NCBI GenBank assembly: GCA_963773045.1 | Contig: CAVYZT010000009.1 | Location: forward strand, 257,857 to 321,856 | DNA: 64,000 bases | Source: an uncultured Acidobacteriota bacterium | Lineage (GTDB): Bacteria > Acidobacteriota > Vicinamibacteria > Vicinamibacterales > UBA2999 | Direction: 5' to 3' | Part shown: one piece after another, positions 57,012-64,000 of the stretch | How the letters are laid out: each line of letters opens with the position of its first letter | Numbering within the stretch: the first letter of the stretch is position 1 | Translations under genes and position numbers: made by a program | Notes under the pieces: generated by a model | What the model saw: the letters and a program-made list of their open reading frames with translations, nothing else | Told to the model about the DNA's origin: nothing | Database searches by the model: none

Positions 57012-58136
57012 ATGAGCGCCGCCCAACCCGGCTCGATTCCGATGACGACGGAGCCGGGGCTCGAGGAACCTGCCGACGGCATCGCGCTGTGCCTCTCCGG
57101 CGGCGGGTATCGCGCCATGCTCTACCATCTCGGGACGTTGTGGTACCTCCACCACGCGGCCATCCTGGCGAAACTCGCGCGCGTGTCGAGCGTCTCAGGC
57201 GGATCCATCACCACCGGTGTGCTCGCCCTGAACTGGACACTGGCGATCGGCGGCCAGGACGGTTTCCGGCGAGGCGTCGTGGAGCCAATCCGCCGAATGG
57301 CCTCCACCACGATCGACAAGAAGTCCATCCTGGGCGGGATTTTTCTCCCGGGGACCGTCAGCGATCGGATCGTCGCGAACTATCGCAAGCTGCTCTTCGG
57401 GGACAAAACGCTGCAGGACTTTCCCGATACGCCGCGCTTCGTGATCAACGCGACCAACGTGCAGACCGGCTCGCTGTTCAGATTCTCGAAGCCCTACATC
57501 GCCGACTGGCGGCTCGGACGCTACCTCAAACCGAGGACGAGCGTCGCCGAAGCTGTGGCAGCGTCCTCGGCGTTCCCTCCGGTCCTGTCGCCGGTTCGCC
57601 TCGAGTTCGCACCCACCGCTTTTTCGACCGATCTCGGTCCTCAGGGACGCCCGCCGTTCACGACCTCGGTAAATCTGACCGACGGGGGCGTCTACGACAA
57701 CATGGGGATCGAGACCACCTGGAAGCGCTACAGCACCATTCTGGTGAGCGACGCAGGCGGCAGAATGCAACCGCAGGAGCGGCCGCACGCCGACTGGGCA
57801 CGCCACGCCCTTCGTGTGAACGAGCTCATCGACAACCAGGTGCGCAGTCTGCGGAAGCGCCAGATCGTGGCGGCCTTCCTGAATCAGGATCGCAAAGGCG
57901 CGTACTGGGGAATGTGGACCGATCCGGCTGAGTACCCGGCCACCAGCGCGCTCGATCTGCCAAAGGACAAGGCCGGGGAGCTGGCACGTACACCCACGCG
58001 TCTGGCGGAGCTGCCAGACGAGGTGCAAGAGCGGCTGATCAACTTCGGCTACGGCATGGCCGAACGCGCGGTTCGCAGCTACTACGATCCGTCCGCGCTT
58101 GCCGCGACGACGTTCCCCTACCCGCGCGGTATCTAG
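57012..58136 (+). CDS. patatin-like phospholipase
   Basis: 374 aa with aagggag upstream. LCLSGGGYRA (GGGxR oxyanion hole), SVSGGS (GxSxG with the first Gly replaced by Ser), LTDGGVYDN (catalytic Asp, DGG). No signal peptide seen. Confidence 0.85.
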   Translation: MSAAQPGSIPMTTEPGLEEPADGIALCLSGGGYRAMLYHLGTLWYLHHAAILAKLARVSSVSGGSITTGVLALNWTLAIGGQDGFRRGVVEPIRRMASTTIDKKSILGGIFLPGTVSDRIVANYRKLLFGDKTLQDFPDTPRFVINATNVQTGSLFRFSKPYIADWRLGRYLKPRTSVAEAVAASSAFPPVLSPVRLEFAPTAFSTDLGPQGRPPFTTSVNLTDGGVYDNMGIETTWKRYSTILVSDAGGRMQPQERPHADWARHALRVNELIDNQVRSLRKRQIVAAFLNQDRKGAYWGMWTDPAEYPATSALDLPKDKAGELARTPTRLAELPDEVQERLINFGYGMAERAVRSYYDPSALAATTFPYPRGI

Positions 58137-58154
58137 GTTCCCCAGGAGGGACAC

Positions 58155-60233
58155 ATGGCTGTCAGGAAACGACGCGCGAAGAGCCCCGGGCCCGGTGGCC
58201 GCGGGCCCGAAGACGCCGGCAAGCCCGGCAGCGACGCTCTCAGCCGGCGGTTGCTCGAGGACTTGATGTTCGGAACTGGCAGGGTCCGCCGCTTTACGCA
58301 GGACTCGCCGGTGCTCCCCGACGTGTGGCTCGCCTACGCCGGCGTCGCCGGAGACCAGGATGAAGGGCGACAGCCCCGGCCGTTGACCTTTCCGTTTCCA
58401 AGAATCAAGCTGCTGCTCACTCCGTTCCGCGAGAACGCGCCTGGGGACGTCCGGACGCTGCTGGTCGAGCGTCTCACGCCCGAGAAGCATGGCATCGACA
58501 CGTCAACGAGGTTTGGACACAAGCCCGAGTACCCACGTGTCGCCTACAACCTGACCACCGTCGCGGCGACGCTGTACTTCGAGGAGCTCGTGCAAGTCGT
58601 GCTGCCGATGACCGAGTGGTGGGCTCTCCACTGCGAGGAGTTCGGTCTTGGTGGCCGGCCCAGCGGTGCACTGAAGAACGCGCTCGTCGCCGGCGTCCGC
58701 GATCCGGAGCACGCTCGGCCGCTCGAACCAGCCGCGCGCCCGAAGGCGACACGCAAGGGATCCTCGGGAAAGCCAGTGCCACGTGCGACGCGGCTTCCGC
58801 GTGAGCTTCTCTGGACCATTCGAGTTGTCGGGGCGCTGGCCATCGCGCAGAGCAATCGCCCTCTCCCACAGAGGCTGCGAGAAAACGTCGCGACCGCCAA
58901 GGAAGAAGACTGGGCCGAAGTGGTAGACGCGTTTCTCGATCTGGTGCGCGGCGTCGAAGCCGCGCCCAAAGACAAGCGGATCTACGCCGTGAGCCGCAAC
59001 CGCGTGGCGACAGCGAGCATCGCGCGGTCCACGCTGGCGATCAAGGCCGATGCGGCTCGCCGCCTCTTCGACATCTCGTGCAAGAGCCTGGCGTGGGCGA
59101 TCATCGACAGCGGCATCGACGCCGAACATCCGGCCTTCCGTCAGCGCGTCAACCGGATACCAATGAAGCACGCTTTCAGGAATGGGCGTGAGCAGGGGAA
59201 TTTCACGCGCATCGTCGACACCTACGACTTCACCCAAATCGACCTGCTTCTCGATCCACAGACGTCCGAGCAGCCGACCTGTTTGCGGGAGCGGCTCAAA
59301 CGCGGGACCGATCAAGAGGGACTGAACGACAAGATCCAGGACTTGCAGTCGGCCCTCAAGCAAGGACGCACGCTGGATTGGAAGATCATCGCGCCGCTGC
59401 TTCGCATCCCGCATCGCGAACGCCAGTACGTGGCGCCTGATATGGATCACGGCACACACGTCGCCGGCATCCTCGCCGGCGACTGGAAGAAGGACGATCC
59501 GGGCGCGTCGCTCGAGGAGGATCTGGTCGGCGTCTGTCCCGATCTGCGGTTGTACGATCTGCGGGTTCTGAATGCGCAGGGGGTCGGCGACGAATTCGGG
59601 GTGATGGCGGCGATGCAGTTCGTGCGCTTCCTCAACTCGACCAACGACTTCGTTCTCGTCCATGGCGTGAATCTCAGCCTGTCGTTGTGGCACGACGTGG
59701 CCAACTACGCGTGCGGCAGGACGCCGGTGTGCGAAGAGGCCGAGCGCGTCAGCTCGAACGGGATCGTCGTCGTCGCCGCGGCCGGCAATCAGGGCTACCG
59801 CAAATACACGACCGACGAAGGCCTTACGAGCGAGGCCTACAACAGCATCAGCATCACCGATCCGGGCAACGCCGACGCGGTGATCACGGTCGGCGCGACG
59901 CATCGCTACCGGCCGCACACCTACGGCGTGAGCTATTTCTCGAGCCGCGGGCCGACGGGCGATGGCCGGCGCAAGCCCGATCTGGTGGCGCCGGGAGAGA
60001 AGATCACGTCCTGCCTGCCGTCGGGGAGTTACGGACTCAAGGATGGCACCAGCATGGCGGCGCCCCACGTGAGCGGGGCGGCCGCGCTGCTCATGGCCCG
60101 GCACAGCGAGCTCATCGGCCAGACCGATCGCATCAAGCACATCCTGTGCGATACAGCGACCGACCTCGGCCGCGAGCGGTACTTTCAGGGCGCGGGCATG
60201 CTGGATGTCCTGCGCGCATTGCAGTCGCTCTGA
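58155..60233 (+). CDS. S8 (subtilisin-like) serine peptidase with an unassigned ~300-aa N-terminal region
   Basis: 692 aa with ggaggg upstream. Triad motifs AIIDSGIDAEHPAF, DHGTHVAGILAG, GTSMAAPHVSGAAALL, plus AAAGNQG. I could not place the N-terminal ~300 aa in any family. Confidence 0.85.
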   Translation: MAVRKRRAKSPGPGGRGPEDAGKPGSDALSRRLLEDLMFGTGRVRRFTQDSPVLPDVWLAYAGVAGDQDEGRQPRPLTFPFPRIKLLLTPFRENAPGDVRTLLVERLTPEKHGIDTSTRFGHKPEYPRVAYNLTTVAATLYFEELVQVVLPMTEWWALHCEEFGLGGRPSGALKNALVAGVRDPEHARPLEPAARPKATRKGSSGKPVPRATRLPRELLWTIRVVGALAIAQSNRPLPQRLRENVATAKEEDWAEVVDAFLDLVRGVEAAPKDKRIYAVSRNRVATASIARSTLAIKADAARRLFDISCKSLAWAIIDSGIDAEHPAFRQRVNRIPMKHAFRNGREQGNFTRIVDTYDFTQIDLLLDPQTSEQPTCLRERLKRGTDQEGLNDKIQDLQSALKQGRTLDWKIIAPLLRIPHRERQYVAPDMDHGTHVAGILAGDWKKDDPGASLEEDLVGVCPDLRLYDLRVLNAQGVGDEFGVMAAMQFVRFLNSTNDFVLVHGVNLSLSLWHDVANYACGRTPVCEEAERVSSNGIVVVAAAGNQGYRKYTTDEGLTSEAYNSISITDPGNADAVITVGATHRYRPHTYGVSYFSSRGPTGDGRRKPDLVAPGEKITSCLPSGSYGLKDGTSMAAPHVSGAAALLMARHSELIGQTDRIKHILCDTATDLGRERYFQGAGMLDVLRALQSL

Positions 60234-60245
60234 TCAGGAGATCCT

Positions 60246-61382
60246 ATGTTGATTCTCGAGGCACTCCGCGCAAAGCACGGCGACGCCCTGCTGCTCCACC
60301 ACGGCACCAAAGCCAAGCCGGGATTGATTCTGATCGATGGTGGTCCGCCCGGTGTCTATCCGGATGCAGTGAAGCCGCGTCTCGAGCTACTGCGCCAGGA
60401 GCGGAAGCTCGAGGCGAGCAAACCGCTCGACATCGATCTGCTGATGGTGAGCCACATCGACGAGGATCACATCGCCGGCGTGCTCGAGCTGATGCAGAAG
60501 CTCAAGGATCAGCAGGGGCCGAAGTCCTGGAGGATCCGCCGGTTCTGGCACAACGCGTTCGACGACATCCTCGGGAACACCGACGCCTCGATCGCCACGG
60601 CTACCGGCGCCATGTCGCCGGCGTCACTCGGCGGCGTGCTGGGTCCGGAAGGGTCGCTGGTGCTCACCACCGTCGGACAGGGAAGGGACTTGCGCAAGCT
60701 CGCGGACTTCTTCTCGCTGAAGGGCAATCTGCCCTTCAACGGCTTGGTGATGCAAGGTCATGCGCCAATCAAGATTGGGACGCTCACGCTCACGGTCGTC
60801 GCCCCCGACAAGAAGAACCTCGACAAGCTGCAGAAGGACTGGGACGAGAAGATCAAGCCGATTCTCAAGAAGGAGAAAGCGCACAAGGCGGAGATCGCCG
60901 CGTATATCGACCGATCGGTCTACAACCTGTCGAGCATCGTCGTGCTTGTGGAGTCGGGCGGCAAACGGATTCTGCTCACCGGCGACGGACGCGGCGACCA
61001 CACGCTCAAGGGCATTGCCGCGGCTGGACTACTCGACACCAAAGGCCAGCTTCGCGTCGACGTGCTGAAGTGCCCGCACCATGGAAGCATTCGCAACGTG
61101 AAAGAGGATTACTTCGAAACGATCGTCGCCGACCACTACGTGATTTCGGCGGACGGCAAGTTCGACAACCCCGACGTCGACACGCTTCAGATGATCTCGG
61201 ACATCCGGAAGGACGACAAGTTCACCATCCACCTCACCAATCCATTCGACGCGTTTGCGAAACCCGCTGTCGGCAAAGCCGTCAAGCAGTTTTTTGACAA
61301 GGAGAAGGCCGCGGGACGCAAGTACAAGGTGGTGACGCGAGCGGCGAACGACCTCTCGATTCGCGTGTCGTTGAGCGACTGA
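60246..61382 (+). CDS. stand-alone ComEC/Rec2-type metallo-beta-lactamase-fold hydrolase (putative nuclease)
   Basis: 378 aa with aggag upstream. HGDALLLHHG, LIDGGPPG, LLMVSHIDEDHIAG, LLTGDGRGD and LKCPHHGS mirror the motif order of the ComEC C-terminal MBL domain. No TM segments seen. Confidence 0.7.
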   Translation: MLILEALRAKHGDALLLHHGTKAKPGLILIDGGPPGVYPDAVKPRLELLRQERKLEASKPLDIDLLMVSHIDEDHIAGVLELMQKLKDQQGPKSWRIRRFWHNAFDDILGNTDASIATATGAMSPASLGGVLGPEGSLVLTTVGQGRDLRKLADFFSLKGNLPFNGLVMQGHAPIKIGTLTLTVVAPDKKNLDKLQKDWDEKIKPILKKEKAHKAEIAAYIDRSVYNLSSIVVLVESGGKRILLTGDGRGDHTLKGIAAAGLLDTKGQLRVDVLKCPHHGSIRNVKEDYFETIVADHYVISADGKFDNPDVDTLQMISDIRKDDKFTIHLTNPFDAFAKPAVGKAVKQFFDKEKAAGRKYKVVTRAANDLSIRVSLSD

Positions 61383-61399
61383 TCGAAAAAGCCCCTACG

Positions 61400-61783
61400 C
61401 TACTTCGCGGGCGTGGCGAGCGGCTTGCCCTTTTCCACGATGTAGGTGGAGACGATCGTGGCCGGACCGGTTCCCAGGTTCGTGGCGTTGTGCACCTTGC
61501 CTGCGGGGATGGCGAACGCGTCACCCGGCTTGAGCGTCTTCGAGACACCGTCCATCTCGACGGCGACGCTGCCTTCGAGCAAGTAGCCGATTTCCTCGCC
61601 CGGATGCGTGTGGCGGCCGGCCGATGCTCCCCCTGGGAACTCCGCCTTCGCCGTCACGGCTTGCCGGTCGGCGATGGACAGGTCCACCGTCTGCAGCACG
61701 GTGCGCTTGAACGCCGGCTGCTGCGCGAGGACCGCAGTCGCCGTCACGAGAACGAGCAAAGCCACGAACCATTTTTTCGACAT
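61400..61783 (-). CDS. secreted cupin-domain protein
   Basis: 127 aa with a signal peptide. GRHTHPGEEIGYLLEG ... GDAFAIPAGKVHNATN are the cupin motifs. Confidence 0.8.
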   Translation of the reverse strand: MSKKWFVALLVLVTATAVLAQQPAFKRTVLQTVDLSIADRQAVTAKAEFPGGASAGRHTHPGEEIGYLLEGSVAVEMDGVSKTLKPGDAFAIPAGKVHNATNLGTGPATIVSTYIVEKGKPLATPAK

Positions 61784-61792
61784 GAGATCTCC

Positions 61793-61860
61793 AGTCAGCT
61801 TTCAGCTATCGGCTATCAGCTATCAGCAAAAGCTTGTGCCGAAAGCTGAGAGCCGACTGC
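61793..61860. repeat. Inverted arrays, unit CAGCTAT
   Basis: cagtcagctttcagctatcggctatcagctatcagc faces gccgaaagctgagagccgactg. Confidence 0.8.
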
Positions 61861-61874
61861 CCGGCAGCCAGTAA

Positions 61875-63996
61875 TTAGAACACCTTCCGGCCTTCGAGGT
61901 TTGCCTCGATGTCCTTCCTGAGCCGCCACATCGGACGCATCTCCTTGCGCGACGCCAGCGGCAGTTGATCCTCGACGTGCTTCGACCCCTTCTTCGACCA
62001 GTTGCCATAGTTGAGCAGCACTTCGGCGCGCTGCGGCGTCGAGATACTCGATTACGGCGTAGAACGTGTCGCCCGACACGGCTTCGGTCCGGCCGTTCAC
62101 GAACGGTGAAATTCCGATCGTGCGAATCGCGCCGAGCTGCGACGGCGCGCCATTGCCGGGCACGTCGGCGTTGCCGCGACGGAAGCGCAACACGTCGCCC
62201 CACTTGACGCTGAGCGATCCGTACTCCTTCTCGACCTCGCCCGCCACCGTGTCGAGCACCGTCATCGCTTTCGCAGGATCCTTGAAGCCGCGCGGCGTCT
62301 CGAGCGGACGCCGATCGTCGGTCGGCACCTTGAAGCCGCCGATCGACGCGAAGCTCTGGCCCGCCGCGGTCATGAACTTGTAGAAGAGCAGGGTACCTTC
62401 GCTCCCCACTTCCGCCTCGCGGTCCCATTTGGCGAGCACATCGGCCGCGCGTTTCGCGCGCTCGGTGCCCATCGCCTTTGCGATCGAGACGAGCTCGTCG
62501 ACGAACTGATCGGCGGTCTCAACGTGCGTCGACAGCTTCCATTTCTTGATGTCTTCGAACGTCATCTTCGCCGGCGCTGTGCTCAGGATGCGGATGCCGC
62601 GCTGCGCGCGCTGGGTGATGCCCTGCGGCGCGGCAAAGCCGGCGGCGAACTTCGTCGAGTCGAGCATCATCGGGTACACCGACGTCCACGGCATGTCGTT
62701 GGAGTTCTGCACCCAGCCGGTCGGCGGATCGATCACCTTCGGGATGGCGTCGTACGGCTGAATGGTGGTCGCAATCAGCTCCGACCTGTCGCCGGGCACG
62801 ACGCCCTGCCAGAAGCGATAGTCGCCCGTCTTGTGCAGCCACAGCGTCGAGTTGTAGACGTAGGCAATGTGGCCGTCGCGGTCGGCGTAGGCGGTGTTGA
62901 AGAGCGGAAGCTGCTGCATCCGCATGGCGTCCTGCCATTCGCCGAGGTTCTTCGCCAGACCCATGCGCCAGAACTGTTCGAAGAGCCGCGGCCGATCGAT
63001 GGCGGCGACGCGCATGGCAATCGGCGCGCCGCGGTCGGCGACAACCGGACCGTGCACGCTGCGACGAACCTCCAGAGCCACGTCGCGGAGCGATCCGTTC
63101 GCCTCACGGACCTTGATGGTCTCGGTGTGCGTCTCGAACTGTTTCACCTGCCCGTCGAGCACGTAGCCGCCGTCTTTCAGCACCAGGCGATACAGATCCG
63201 ACTCGGCAGGATTGTTCGTCGTCTGCGTCCAGCCGACGTACTCGGTGAAGCACTGGCGCAAGACGGGGAATCCGACCCACACGGCGCCGTACGACGTGAC
63301 GCCGGGCGCCGAGAGCTGCACTTCGAAATAAGTGTGGATGTCGCCCCACTGAAGATGCGAGTTGCTCATCAGGATCGCCTTGCCGGTTGCGGATCGGGAC
63401 CTAGCGATGGCCCATTCGTTGGAGCCGTGCGTCTCGGCTTCCGCGCGCGACAGCCTCGTCTCCAGCTTCGCGGGATTGATGATCCAGTCGTAGTGGATCA
63501 CACGAAGGCAGTGCGCGTACACGTCCTCGACGCTTACCGGCAGCACCCGCTGCGCCTCGGGACTGAGTTCGGCCTTGTGCTCGACCGCCCAGGCGTTCAG
63601 CCCGCGCACGAATGACTCGATCAGCGGACCGAACTCCTGGCTCTGCCCCGCGGCCCATTTCTTCGCGATTTCGGGGATGCCGTTGGTGCGAACCCAGCGG
63701 TCCGCCGCGAGGTAGGTCGGGCCGTAATACTCGGCTCCGCGTCCGCGCGCTTGCGCGTAAAGCCGAAGCAGCAGCTCGCTGTGCGCCTCCATCTGCGCAT
63801 ACCCGTAGGCATAGAACAGACTGGGGTGGTCTGGTGCGAAGATGTGCGGCACGCCGTATCGATCCCATAGGATTTCGGTGCCCCTGGCGGGTCCTTGGGC
63901 GAGTGCCGGCGCGGGCGCGGCAGCCGTGACCAGGCCGACCACAATGGCAAGCGCCAGACGAGATGCGGATGGCACGCGGCGCCAGACGATGTTCAT
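61875..63996 (-). CDS. penicillin-acylase-family Ntn hydrolase, second copy (one apparent frameshift near 62043)
   Basis: Signal peptide, EILWDRYGVPHIFA, THGSNEWAIA nucleophile motif. After ..GDTFYAVIEY the track frame degenerates. Shifting one base gives STPQRAEVLLNYGNWSKKGSKHVEDQLPLASRKEMRPMWRLRKDIEANLEGRKVF*, with the stop at 61875-61877. Confidence 0.8.
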
Positions 63997-64000
63997 CAGT

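Noticed and set aside
57195-60140. Long minus-strand ORFs (431 aa at 57195..58490 and 545 aa at 58503..60140) opposite the patatin and S8 genes
   Set aside because: They are Arg/Gly/Pro-rich with no recognisable motifs. They are exactly antisense to genes with intact catalytic motifs, so they are typical high-GC shadow ORFs. The same reasoning rejects 1942..3066, 7016..8170, 25627..26910, 32040..33368, 48830..50023, 62524..63615 and the many other overlapping track ORFs.
57012-61382. Calling the patatin-S8-MBL block a mobile element or genomic island
   Set aside because: I could find no integrase, transposase, tRNA target, terminal inverted repeats or flanking direct repeats. Only adjacent gene debris and a modest GC dip support foreign origin, so it is reported as a hypothesis rather than a mobile_element feature.
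1-64000. CRISPR arrays, considered because of the many short tandem repeats
   Set aside because: The repeat units are about 7 nt and abut each other with no 25-40-nt unique spacers. No cas genes are present.

Overview
High-GC bacterial chromosomal segment. My spot counts of single 60-nt lines were mostly about 63-78% GC. I support about 50 protein genes. I recognised no rRNA, tRNA, CRISPR array, transposase or integrase. All product calls come from reading motifs in the supplied translations and from my own hand translations, with no database search.

Taxonomy (inference): the gene content looks Acidobacteriota-like. It includes very large CarboxypepD_reg-type TonB-receptor-like proteins, a VWFA-related domain protein, a HEAT-cyclophilin fusion, a sulfatase-TPR fusion and a Ser/Thr kinase-TPR fusion.

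Ordinary content: malQ, a class I/II aminotransferase, M49 and M61 peptidases, a beta-CASP MBL RNase, an SSS transporter, an ArgH-like lyase, two penicillin-acylase-family Ntn hydrolases, a DinB/ArsA-like pair, an AraC regulator, and a methionine-salvage block (mtnB-mtnD-mtnC-rhodanese). Many same-strand neighbours are joined by 4-nt ATGA/GTGA stop-start overlaps, which indicates operons.

Accessory or unusual content:
1. A patatin / S8 subtilase / ComEC-type MBL operon (57012-61382) sits beside gene debris, including a 5'-truncated adenosine deaminase. This is my best candidate for an undescribed conflict/defence module.
2. A lasso-peptide (RiPP) cluster (50119-54576) has a split B1/B2, an Asn-synthetase-like cyclase, a 58-aa precursor missed by the ORF track, an HprK-like kinase and a 2OG-Fe(II) oxygenase. 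The precursor core does not fit the canonical ring rule.
3. A kaiC-kaiB-kaiB-PAS hybrid histidine kinase operon has no kaiA, and its KaiC carries a long charged C-terminal tail.
4. Tandem 7-nt-unit arrays are pervasive, usually paired with an inverted copy, at gene boundaries. One lies in frame inside a coding region, and one is an 18-GATC cluster.
5. At least 10 apparent single-base frameshifts occur in 7 otherwise intact conserved genes. This is more likely an assembly-quality issue than biology and must be resolved first.
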